From Squalus acanthias (lineage: Eukaryota), in NCBI GenBank assembly GCA_030390025.1, contig CM059432.1, forward strand, positions 45,572,001 through 45,636,000: a stretch of 64,000 bases of DNA, read 5' to 3'. The position numbers and the translations under genes were made by a program. This document shows, in pieces, positions 36,671 to 48,389 of this stretch (the stretch's first letter is position 1; each line of letters starts with the position of its first letter). The notes beneath the pieces were generated by a model. It was not told the DNA's origin. It did not search any database and saw only the letters and a program-made list of their open reading frames with translations.

Positions 36671-37338
36671 CAGATGAGGAAGAGCTCGAGGAGCTCGACC
36701 AAGGTAGTGACCCGATCGGAGAGGTGCTGGGGTCAGAGGACGAAAGTTTCGTCCTCGACTCAAGCTCAGGGGAGATAGGGGCTGCGAGTGGAGATCCACA
36801 CAGGGTGGAATCGGAAACTGCAGATCCCGAGCCCAGGGGGGCGGAGCTAGGGGAGACGGAGCCAGTGGCTGTGGTAGGACCATAGGCCGTGACGGTGGAA
36901 GTCTCGGTACCCGGTCCGTCGGCCCTGGAAGTCTTGCCCTTGGGGGAGGTAGGGATTGCGAGTGGAGGACCACATACTGGGCCAAGTAGGGTGGAGCCAG
37001 AAACTGCAAATCCCGAGTTCAGGGGGGCGGAGCCAGGGGAGACGGAGCCAGCGGCTGTGGTAGGACCACAGGCCGTGACGGTGGAAGTCTTGGTTCCTGG
37101 TCCGTCGGCCCTGGAAATCTTGCCCAAAGTAGCCCTCCGTAGGTCAAGTCGGACACCCCAGCCCAGGAAGTCGTGGTCAAGTCCCCCGTACACCCCAAGG
37201 CGTAAGTTCAAGGTCAAGGCAGCCAGGGAGATCCCAGTCCCAGCGCAGCGGCGACAGGCTGCGGCAGATCAAAGGAAGGGGTCAGTGCCCTCCCACCACT
37301 GGGAAAAGCTCGTGGCAGCCTTCGCAGAATTTAAGTAG
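36670..37338 (+). pseudogene. Acidic/Pro-rich reading frame with an internal ~60-aa duplication and a basic tail (integrase extension or accessory ORF)
   Basis: SDEEELEELDQG...; repeat units 36769-36942 and 36943-37128; LRRSSRTPQPRK; one internal TAG; ends EFK*. Confidence 0.6.
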
Positions 37339-37599
37339 GCTGCCCTGGGAATGGGCAGCGCTGTACAGATAAGTTTATAAGTTTAAGTTTAAGTTTTGTA
37401 AGTTTGGTAAGTTTGCAGTTTAATTTTAACAGAAAATGGTAAAATGATGGGAGTTAGTGATAGGAATAGTTAAAGTCTATCCAGCATACATGTCGTTATA
37501 CGTGAGACGAGGTCAAGGGACCCGCTCACCCTTCACAAAAGCCAGAGACTCTTGGGAGGCTGGCTACACCATTTTATCTGATCACAGGAACCAGGAAAG

Positions 37600-39950
37600 A
37601 TGGAAAGGATTCTGATAGTGCTCGCAACGATCGGATATGGATTGGCCTATCGGGGCCTCACCAAGGATGTCGTTGTGTTTGGCTGCTCCGGGGACACGGG
37701 CCCCATCGCGACGGATGGGACCGGGGAGCGAAAGGCTGAGGAGACCGCCACTTATTTCCACAAGGGAAGGTGGCCGGGATGGCTGGGAACGAATTCAACG
37801 GAATACTCAAGCGCATCCGGATTTGCCTACAAAGAGACTTCTTTACTGTGCCCCAGAGTGAGGATCATTGCACCCAGAATCAGCGTCACCGTCGGCAAAA
37901 GGATTTGTTTGACATGCAATGGGAAGGTCCCATTGAGCCGATGGTGGTGGTTACGGAAATTAAGCAAGACTATGAGAAATTCCTCGGTTGAGTGGGAGCG
38001 ATTGGGTAACAACACCCATCGGACAATTACGGGGACTAACGGACAATTGAAAGTCTGTTGGGACAAATGGTGGGAACCGGATGAGGGAATATATGTTTGT
38101 ATGTGGGGATCGAAGTACGTTTGCCCCAAGGGTATATCCATATTTTTCGTACACCAGTGGCAGGATAGCGGAAAAGGGATGAGGTGGGATGTCAGCACCA
38201 AGGGGTGCGGAGCTGCATTCTCCCCGATCCCGGTAAACGCCACTGAACTCATCACGCGCCCACGCAAGGCTCTGCCCACGATTCCGGTGGTTTTGGCTCA
38301 GAAGGAAGGGTGCCCTAAAACCACTAAGGGGCCCGGGAATGGTTTGGTACTGGTCCCAACAGACCAGATACTATTTCAAGGGGTACATTACGCGGTGGCT
38401 TCGGTGATTCTAAATCTCACCGAGGTGCGTTTACCAGAGTGGTGCCCCAAAGAGACGGAACAATTGTACCAGGTCCTGTTGACAAACATGTTCAGACAAT
38501 TCTACGAGTTTGATTTTGCGGAGATTGACAAAACAAGCTTGTACACCACACCACACGAAGTTTTGGGTCAGGTGGGGAGACAAAGAAGGGGTATTGTGAA
38601 CGATATGTTCACTGCCTTTAATACAGGAACATCTGTGGTCAACGCTCTAGACAACGTGGAGCTGCAGACCCAGATCAATGGTTTAAAAACACAATTAAAA
38701 AGCATCCTCACAAGCGAAAACAAGGTAGTAGGGTCTGAGTTACATGAGGACCAGGCCATGACACTACACTTAAAGGAGATTATAGCAGAGCTGGAGAAGC
38801 ATGCGAGAACGGTAAATGCCCTGATCAGGGAAGATCGGAATGCATCCGATCAAGCTGCGCAGAACGAGGTGTGCGTACTATACGGGGCGTGGTTACTGGG
38901 CGAGGGCTGCAGTAATTTGGAGGATTTAAAATAAGGTTTGGTCCCGTCCTGGATAAGTAACAAACACCTGCAGGCGCTCCACCCTTTTCAGAACGCATTA
39001 AGCCCGTGCCAGCTCAGGCTAGCCTCAGAGGCATACCCAGTCCCCGTGGACTGTGGACGGTCAAATCATACCATCATGGGTATAGTACTACGTATGCCGG
39101 TGTTGGGCGACACGGCAAAGCCCACCCCGGTGTACCGGGTGGAGAACATTGGTGTCATTCAGGGGGAGCCCACATTCGCTACGCAGCAGTCCCACCTTAC
39201 GTCATCCGCTGGGAGCAAACGATGACAGGTACCGACCTATCGGGTTGTCGTGGCCGGGGAGCACACATCATACTGTGTCCCCAGCACTTGAATGCCTTTT
39301 TACCACCACAATGCGGGTTCAGAACGGCTGGCGCCAAGGGAATGAATTGCACCATGGAAGCAATGACACAAGATCATGTGCCTCCGCAGGTGGCATACAT
39401 AGGGGGTGGAACATATTGCGTTACCACTGCAGCGCAACACTACCAGCATGGAAACCACAGCCGGTGTCCGGTGAGTGACAGCAGTTTCTGTTTTAAACCC
39501 AGAGTTGAAGTTCAAGTGGCACAACAGCGAATTGTCCCGATCCCTGAACCATCCACTGTTCACCTTACAGTAAAAGAGAATTTCACCGACTTGCAGCGAT
39601 TCGTCGCGCATTTTGGATACATCATTCCCCCTCTCCCTGAACACCTCACCAAGCTTTTGAAAGCCGTCGCGGTGTCACAGAAACATTTTTACACCCTGGA
39701 ACAAAAGACTGTCGAGATAGGGACAGAAATTTTGGACATAGTAATCCCACCGTGGTGGGATCTGTTCACTAATATTGAAGTTCCTTCATGGATCAGGATA
39801 GCCTCCCACATTTTGGTAGTGTGCCAAGTTATAATTGTAGTGTACCTATTGGTCGTGCACTGCAGAAGAGGCAAACGCCTCACAAAGCAGGAGAACACAG
39901 GGGAGTGGAGAGAACGTTACGTGCGCGTGAATGAAGAAAGTGCCGCATAA
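37600..39950 (+). pseudogene. env: Envelope glycoprotein (~780 aa): signal peptide, Ig-like domain, F-like class I fusogen, TM and tail; stop at 38932, frameshift at ~39165
   Basis: MERILIVLATIGYGLA signal; RQRR|GIVND cleavage; heptad region; Cys-rich region; ILVVCQVIIVVYLLVV TM; acceptor-like TTTTATCTGATCACAG ending at 37587. Confidence 0.9.
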
Positions 39951-40336
39951 ACGGCCAGGATGACGCCGCTCCATTTTTACCATGTGTGTTTTCGTAATTG
40001 ATTGTTAGTAATGAATATGTGTAACTAAGTTTGGAACTTTGTATTTTTAAAATGGTTGTTTGATTATTTTTCTCTTGTATAATAAAAACATGCATATACA
40101 GGTGGTGCGAGAGGCATCGGCCTGTTGCACCTGGAAGGCGTATACGCGATGTAAGTTTAAAGGCAATACTGCCTACAATTTGTCCAAGTTTAAACAATGT
40201 AATTTTCCCTGGGAAATGAGGACGGCATGGAGGCCATAGATAGTTCAAGTTAAGGGAGTGTTTGGATGTGGAGAATCGGGATAATTTTTGCTCACCACCA
40301 TTTTTAATTGATACGATAAGCGGAGTTATTCGCATC

Positions 40337-40348
40337 AACAGGAGGGAC
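40337..40348 (+). promoter_or_regulatory. Short purine tract (PPT) before the 3' LTR
   Basis: AACAGGAGGGAC immediately precedes TGTAAAG. Confidence 0.7.
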
Positions 40349-42031
40349 TGTAAAGTTTCGCAATTATCGCGATTCAAAATAACAAGATAGAAACAGATTC
40401 GTTTGATCAGTTTATTTAAACAAAATGCTGTCATGATTAAAAAGGACACAGAAGCCTGTAAAATGGCCACCGCGCATCGTGGCAGAAGCTTCCAGAATTA
40501 CAGTGGGCAGACAAGATGGCGTTCGAATAAACATTTCAATATAAGACGGGATCATACTCGATAAGCACTGATAAAGACAGGATGCAACCTGTTTGCATTT
40601 GTGACAATAGCAAAAGATATGAGTGCTGGAATCGTTTTCCATGCACAAGTAAGGTCCATTGTACTGGGCAATCGAAGGCCCATCCAGACACATCAATACA
40701 CAAATACCCCCACGGCTCTACAATGAGAGAGACATCGACGGGTGATTAAACAAGTATTCGGGGGCCCCCAAAACCAGTCAGGGAGATGATTCATACAATC
40801 CTGGCTGGGTCAGCAATGGGGAAAACATTAACGGGTAGTTGGCCAGTTTCAGGTGCTACCGAAACCCGTTAAAGACAAGAATCGCCCCATGCTGGGAGTT
40901 TTGAGCGCCAATATTTCACAAAGGACAAACATTAAGATTTAGGCGGGAGATAAGGGAACACAGCACTATAACTATAGTGAACAAATGTCCATCGGTCTCT
41001 TATTCGCTCGAATCGTCTCCTATTCTCTTAGCTTGCTGCTGACTGCTGAAGCTCTTCTCTAGGGCTGGACTCTGTTGACTCTGGACTTTTAGCCGCACTG
41101 GATGGTTATTCGAATGTTGGGTGGAGCTCAATCGGAACGAGCCGCCTCGACAAAGGCAAGTGACCGGGTGCACCATCCCGAGAGTCGGTAAACGGTGTCT
41201 GGACCCGAAGGCCCAACAAGACAAGACGAAATGACAAGAAAAGAAGAAGAATCCATGTGCCGCCGCGGTCAGTAAACCCCGACCGCGCCCGAAAATATAA
41301 GACCCACTTCTTGAACTCTACAGGTTATTGCACGAACCGGTCAAAGACTCTTCTTTGAATTCTACCGACAACTGGTGTCGGTACAGGAAGACTTTTCTTT
41401 GAGTTCTACAGCCGGGCCCGAGTTCTGTCGAGTTCTTCATGACAACGGGGAGCCCAGCCTGCTTGCCGCAGCAGCGAAGATAAACAAGTGGGGTACAGAG
41501 ACCCCTCCAAACACGTGACAGTCAGGCGCTGCAGCGAAACGAGCCGAGTGCCTCACTTTAAAATTCTCCGAAGTATCACGAGTGGTGAGCATGTTCCCCG
41601 ATCCTACAAATGTAGATGTAGTGTAGGTATTGATAGGGGAGGGTGGTTTTATTAAGGATAAAGTATAATGTGTTCCCGTTTTTACGATGTGCCGTGCGTT
41701 CTTCATTACCATAGACCAAGCTTTATGAATGTATGTATACTTGTACTCTCGTTAATTTGCGCCTATGACATGTACTTCATGATTTTGGACGCTATGCAAT
41801 AAAGATTTCCATTTCGTACTATTCAACCGGGTCTATCTGAGTTTTCTCTGCATTACTGCTCTCGCACCTAAGTCCAGTGTTAGAACCGTAAGGGCGAGTG
41901 GGTCGAACCACTCACAGGTGCTTATTGCAACAAGGCTGGCCGGAGACCAGAGCAAGCAATAGTATTAGGCAACGAAGGCCTAACCTCGCACCAACACCGT
42001 CTGCGATACAAGCACACCGAAACCCCTTACA
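40349..42031 (+). repeat. 3' LTR (1683 bp)
   Basis: TG...CA ends; AATAAA at 41798-41803; TATA-like AATATAA at ~41293. Confidence 0.97.
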
Positions 42032-43012
42032 ACATGTACGCTGACGACACCCAGCTCTACCTGACTACCACTTCTCTCGACCCCTCCACGGTGTCTAAAT
42101 TGTCTGACTGCTTGTCCGACATCCAGTTCTGGATGAGCAGAAATTTTCTCCAATTAAATATTGGGAAGACGGAAGCCATTGTTTTCGGTCCCCGCCACAA
42201 ACTCCGTTCCCTAGCCACTGACTCCATCCCTCTCCCTAACATCTGTCTGAGGCTGAACCACACTGTTTGCAACCTTGGTTTCATATTTGACCCTGAAATG
42301 AGCTTCTTCTGACCACTTATCCGCAGCATAACTAAAAATGCCTATTTCCACCTCCGTAACATCACCCGTCTCCGTCCTTGCCTCAGCTCATCCGTTGCTG
42401 AAACCCTTATCCATGCCTTTGTTACCTCTAGACTTGACTATTCCAACGCACTTCTGGCTGGCCTCCCACATTCTACCCTACGTAAACTTGAGGTGATCCA
42501 AAACTCGGCTGCCCGTGTCCTAACTCGCCCCAAGTCCCGTTTACCCATCACCCCTGTGCTCGCTGACCTACATTGGCTGCCATTTAAGTAACGCCTCGAT
42601 TTCAAAATTCTCATCCTTGTTTTCAAATCCCTCCATGGCCTCACCCCTCCCTATCTCTGTAATCTCCTTCAGCCCTACAACCCCCCGAGATATCTGCGCT
42701 CCTCTAATTCTGCCCTATTGAGCATCCCTGATTATAATCGCTCAACCATTGGTGGCCGTGCCTTCTGTTGCCTAGGCCCCAAGCTCTGGAATTCCCTGCC
42801 TAAACCTCTCTGCCTCTCTACCTCTCTTTCCTCCTTTAAGATGCTCCTGAAAATCTACCTCTTTGACCAAGCTTTTGGTCACCTGCCCTAATTTCTCCTT
42901 ATGTGGCTCGGTGTCAAATTTTTTGTCTTATAATACTCCTGTGAAGTGCCTTGGGGCGTTTTACTATGTTAAAGGCGCTATATAAATACAAGTTGTTGTT
43001 GTTGTTGTTGTT
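42032..43012 (+). mobile_element. L2 LINE 3' part (continuation of 25512-27603)
   Basis: MYADDTQLY..WMSRNFLQLNIGKTE..LIHAFVTSRLDYSN; tail GGCGCTATATAAATACAA(GTT)n. Confidence 0.95.
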
Positions 43013-43322
43013 TTTCTTGTTAAACTTATTTTCTAGATAGATAATGGGGTACGGGAGAATAGGTCTCAAGGTACACAATAAGGGCAAGACAAAATCACTA
43101 CTACTCAAATTGACTCTTACCGCATTCACATTGGCCATTTGCCTGGTTGTAAATAAACTCCGATAAAGTGGACAGGGATTTCAGAAAGCATTATGCCCAC
43201 TCCGATTAGAGAGCTCATGGTGTCACAGTACAGAGGAATTCCCAACAGGAAAAAAAGAGCACAAACATTAGACCAATGGGAAGAAAAGACTGAGGTGCAG
43301 TTTGAATGAAAAAAGATTCAAT

Positions 43323-44215
43323 GGGGAAAAATGTGGTTGCTTTGCGCCTCCTGTTAGCACCTTAAGAGGGCACTAATGGGGCGCAAAGCAACTAGCGCCC
43401 GGGCGCGGCGAGGTTTGTGCCGCTCGCGAAATTGACCAGACATTGTGCGGCGGCGCTAAACACTAATGCCACGATCTCCTGCGCCCACAGATCGTGACGT
43501 CAGTCGAGCGTGCAACGCCCCGGTAGCGCCCCGGACCGGATATTGAGTGGCGCCCCCTGCCTTACCGCCTGCCGCTAGCAACGACAGGTTGAGGGGAACA
43601 TTTTGCAGTTGGGAAGGGACTGGGGGAGTGCTATTTAAAGGCGACCGCTTCCTGCCTTTTTTTGTAGCGACATTTTTGTACCACGCATTCTGAGAGAGAG
43701 AGAGAGAGAGAGTTCTGGAGAGATTCAATGCTGTGTGAAGGAGTTTTGGGTACTGAGCAGCACTTTGCAGGTTCATTTTGATTTGACCTTCATTGCATTG
43801 ATTTAGAAGAGGCTGTGGGGGCTGCACTCTGAGCTCTTTCCCCGGGACTCTCCATTGTTCTTTCCAGCAGATTTGATGTACAGGTCTCTCCAGGCCGAGA
43901 TTCAAGGCTGCAATGAGCAGGGTGTGGATGGAGAGCAAGATCGACCCTCCCCTTTAAGAACTGGCCGGCGCCAGTGTGTCTGTGTTCCATTGTTGACTGA
44001 CATCACATGAGCTTCGCCAGCGCTCTGAGTTAATGCCTCGCTCCTCGGCGTTAGCACCTTAAGAGAGGTGTGTAGCGCCTGATTTAGCGCTCCAATCACC
44101 TCCAGGGGCGATAGAAGCCAAGTTTGCAGTCGGAAGCAATAATTAGCGCCAGATGCTAAACTTTGCGCCCGGCCGATAATTGCGCCCCAAACGGGGCGAT
44201 ACCGAATTTCTCCCC
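43323..44215. mobile_element. Non-autonomous TIR element (Harbinger-like MITE)
   Basis: GGGGAAAAAT ... ATTTCTCCCC ends; CpG-rich subterminal GCGCC motifs; contains a (GA)n tract. Confidence 0.6.
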
Positions 44216-44348
44216 GTGTGTCTGTGTGTGTGTGTGAGTGTCTGTGTGTGTGTGTGTGTGAGTGAGTGTGTGTGTGTGTGTGTGTGTGAGTGTGTGTGTG
44301 TGAGTGAGTGTCTCTCTGTGTGTGTGAGTGTGTGTGTGTGTGTGTGTA
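44216..44348. repeat. (TG)n microsatellite, imperfect
   Basis: Direct inspection. Confidence 0.97.
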
Positions 44349-46757
44349 TTTCTGAAGTTTAAGTTTTACAACAAGCAAATGATAAATCATTTACAAAACG
44401 GAAAGTCAGTGATATCCTTTTGCACTTCCAGTTTGCTAGCCATAAATTAATAAAGATTGGAATTTAAAAATATCAGATGATATCTTCCAATATATAGATA
44501 TCCCAGGAAGATGGAGAAGTCAAGAAAGCACTCAATAAAAACAGTTTTACAACAGAAAAAAATCACAATGAAAATTATTTTTTTTCACTCCTTTTTATTC
44601 CAGTTTTACAAAGAGTCACAAGAAACCGCAGTGCAGCTTCCTTGTTAAATGCAGAAAAGTGAACAGCAAATTATTATAGTGTACATTTATCGTCATCTTT
44701 GCACCTGGAAGTGCTCAGTCCCCAGGGGCAGCAAAGAGGAAATGGCACCAGAAACCCGTTGCATGAGATTTCCACCGCCACAATGGTCCCCTGGAACTTC
44801 TGGGGCTTCCCGAGTCAAATTAACTGGGTTGGTATTTACAGTAGGTGCAAACCCAGGATAAGGATGTAAATGAGGTGGGATGGGGTGTTCCCAGCCCTCC
44901 CACCTAAATTTCCTCTGTGTGCACCTATGGAATGCTCAAAATATTCCCCAAAAAGCTAGCAATTCGGCTTGCATTGAGACCCTCGCTAACAGGATGGTCT
45001 GCAGGGGTCTGCTTAGCATCCTGATAATTTCTAGATCAGTTAGTATTTCAACCCTCCCGCCCCCCCCCCCCCCCCCCCCCCCACACACACCAACAATTTT
45101 CTGGTCTCAAAGCCTTTTCAGCAGCAAAGGCAAGGCCCCATGCCTGGCGGCCAGGAGCATAGCTCAGATTTCCGAGGCCTCCACCTATGGTCCTGCTTCA
45201 ACCTCCTCCCCCTGCTTTCAATGCAAGGCCCTGCCAGGACACAGGCCTGGAGGAGACCCAGACTATACAAATGGTCCAGGCAAGTAGAAATTGGCAGACT
45301 TCTGACCTCACAGGGGAAGCACACCTCCAATATGCTGCACCTGTTCGGTAGGGCCTGAAGAGGACATGTGCAGACTTAGGGTGCAGTTATACCACAGATT
45401 CAGATCTGAGTCTGGTACCTTGCTTAGAAAGATACAGGGCCAGCAACAGCCTGTTGTACTACTGATTTCACATTGCTTTCTGGCCAGGAAAAATGGAGTT
45501 CCACTCACTGGCGTCCAAATTTTGGTTTAACTTTGATATCGGTGAACACATTAAAAAGGTGAAAAAAGAAGTTTAAAATGTTTCCTAGATGTCGGTGCTG
45601 GTGCAAAGCCAAAACAGTCTGAGACTATCTTCTCAAAGTAGTCTCAAGCCACTTGCCTATGTCTGATTTGGACAACTTTCTACCAGAGCTATACAACATT
45701 GATGTAAAATGTATAACGTTACTGGCCTAGCACAGACTACTCAGAAGATACATATGCTACCCCCACATCAGCTGTACTGTTTTAATAACATCACTGATAC
45801 ATTCTTTAACTTCATCAGAATTTAATGTTATGTTGTTATTGCTACTATATCTTGTTCATTAACAACTAGCTCAACTTAGCATTGACAACAATACCTCCTC
45901 CAAATCTACATTGAAAATTTTATGTTAGGAAATTGAAATGGATCAAATGGAGCAACAAACAACAACTAATATACTGATAACACATTATGTAAAAAAAAAG
46001 AACTGTTCAAAGTGCTTAACAAGAGGAAATGGTGGCCACTGAGTAGGAAGTAAGATTTAGGGAACCAAAAGCATCACTGAGGGAACAGGTCTTAAAACAA
46101 ATTTTGAAGGCAAAGAGTGAGGAAGTCTATGGTTGTTAGGAAATTGTCAAGAGGTTAAGAAATAGATTGGGTGGAGGGCTGCAACTGCTAAAAAATGGTC
46201 AAATGGGTTAGAAAATAGGGCTAATTTCACAATGCCACCTTCCGAGTGGGGAGTACGGGTTGGAGAATTAGGGAAAAAATGCTTTAGTCCGAGATCCACC
46301 TCAGGCTCTCTTCAAATGCAATTCCTCATTGGGAGCACAACATTAATCCTTACATAAATATATTAAAATTGGAAAATAACAAATGTGTATCAACACAGCT
46401 TTAGATTGGCAATGGTAATATGAAAAGCTCAGGAATATAATGATAAAGAATAGAGTAAGCTGCGCATATATATTTTCTTCCATCATCTCCTGAGAGTGCT
46501 GACTTTTTCTGGGGTACTAGCACAACAACCCTCTAGTATTTCACCCAACTGGTCTTTCTTCATGTGTCAGTACAGGCAGTGAATATTAGCAGGTTATTCA
46601 ACCAAGGGCATTACAGACAAACCTTATCCTGGTGTCGTCAAACAGACATGTATGCTCACTTTTACCAGAAGTGACCAGACAACAATCAGAAGTAGAACCT
46701 TGTCTGATTTCCCCCTCCCCAGGTTAGGAGAACTGATGTCAAATGAAACACCTGCTA

Positions 46758-46885
46758 CCTAGGAACATAGGAACAGGAGAAGGCCATTTAGCCCCTTGAG
46801 CCGGTTCCACCATTCAATGAGATCATGGCTGATCTGTGACCTAACTCCATATACCCACCTTTGGCCCATATCCCTTAATAACTTT
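46758..46885 (-). mobile_element. CR1 3' tail fragment
   Basis: TAGGAACATAGGAACAGGAG..GGCCATTTAGCCC..GATCATGGCTGATC. Confidence 0.75.
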
Positions 46886-47337
46886 GGTTACCATCACCGA
46901 ACTGAGCCCAGACTTGGAATCAACCCTTGTATGTATGTTTTAGTGTTATACTGGACAGCCCCTTTACCCATTACTCTATCAGGGAACAATGAGAAGTAAA
47001 TTGTAATATTAAAAAATGGAGAATGATAGCTACCGTTGCAAGCTGTACATATTTTCTCAGTTATAGCGATGCTTGTCACTCCCGTGAAGTGGTCTCTGCA
47101 TGTTGTGTTCAGCAGTTGCCCATACTGCCCAATTATATGGTAACATAACCCAGGGATCTAACAACAGGAACCCCTTGTGACCTGAACTAGATATTATCGG
47201 GTACATTTTCAACAGGCCATCCAGGGAGTAAAAATGATGTTGCGGAACAGTCGTCGATTTTTATTTTCATTGAAATCAACAAATACATCTTCACTGACAT
47301 TGTCTTCAGACCCTATTGAATAGCCAAAGATATATTG

Positions 47338-48306
47338 TCATAGAGTCATAGGGCTGGATTTTGATACTGGGGCGGGTTGGGGTCGTGTCATCCACATTTT
47401 GTGTTATCCACCTGACTGCAATTGGATGTGGGAGATTGATGCGATTTTCACCTAATTGGGCAATTGAGTTTCAGCATGTGGGAACCCATGACCCAATTCG
47501 TGTTTTCAGTCTGAAAGTCGCCTCTGATGATGTCATCATTGCTGCTGCATTGAAGGTCTGCAAAGACTGCCTGGCCTTTGCTGTGAGAGGACCTGGATGC
47601 AAAATGAGCAGCAGCCCTAGGTCTGCTCCCAAATATTTTTGCACCACCACTCCCAGATATGTCTCCCATCCACCACCACTCCCAGATATGTCTCCCATCC
47701 ACGCCAGCCAGCCAGCCAGCCAGCCAGCGTCAGCTATCCAAATGTGCTCCCGCCAGGTTTCACATTCGTGGTTCAGAACAGGCGTGCTTCACGTAGAAAA
47801 AGGATTAAAATCACAAAGGCCTTTCAAAATGGCATTATAGAGGCAATTTAGAGCTTGTTAAGGGCCTTAACAGCCTATCCTGCCTCTTAGAGGCGGGACG
47901 GAGTCGGGACCAGCAGACACAATTTAATGAAAATTGCGTGGAGGCGGGATGGAGGCGGGCTTGTGCCCGCCCGCCAGTTTTCGCAATTTTAACCCCCCAC
48001 ACGCCTCCAAACCCACCTCCACGGGTCAATGAAAATCCAGCCCATAGAGTCATAACGGTACAGAAGGAGGCCATTCGGCCCATCGAGTCCACGCCGGCTC
48101 TCTGTATAGCAATCCAGTCAATTCCATTTCCCCGCTCCAATCCCATAGCACTGCAAGTTTATTTCCCTCAAGTGCCTATCCAGTCTCCCCTTGAAAACAT
48201 TGAGTGTCTCCGCTTCCACCACTTCCGTTGGCTATGAATTCCAGGTCTTCACCACTCGCTGCATAAAAAAGTTTTTCCTCACCACCCCCTGTATCTCTTG
48301 CCCAAA
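47338..48306 (-). mobile_element. CR1 3' end with (CATAGAGT)n tail, split by the MITE
   Basis: RKNFFMQRVVKTWNS frame and CR1 3' UTR; tail units lie on both sides of the MITE. Confidence 0.8.
47351..48043. mobile_element. Harbinger-type MITE (693 bp)
   Basis: Perfect 12-bp TIR GGGCTGGATTTT/AAAATCCAGCCC; ATA TSD; internal 29-bp tandem duplication at ~47642-47700. Confidence 0.88.
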
Positions 48307-48389
48307 ATCCAGTTTGTCATGTTTTAATAAGGCCAGAATTCTTTCATAAGATAGTGTATTTTTCTGAATAGGTTATATGGCTTATTCCT

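Larger units (their letters stand above)
27604..42031 (+). mobile_element. Endogenous retrovirus (LTR-gag-pol-env-LTR), lokiretrovirus-like
   Basis: Paired LTRs; ACAT TSD at 27600-27603 and 42032-42035; PBS; purine tract; gag/pro/RT/RH/IN/env in order. The lineage call is by motif recognition only. Confidence 0.92.

Noticed and set aside
27604..42031. Classification as a foamy virus or as an env-bearing Ty3/Gypsy element
   Set aside because: The CCHC knuckle, in-frame gag-pol, tRNA-Arg PBS and F-like Env argue against spumavirus. The second RNase H and YVDD RT argue against ordinary Gypsy. Phylogeny is still needed.
43902..44390. His/Thr-rich and Cys/Val-rich ORFs
   Set aside because: Translations of the (TG)n microsatellite.
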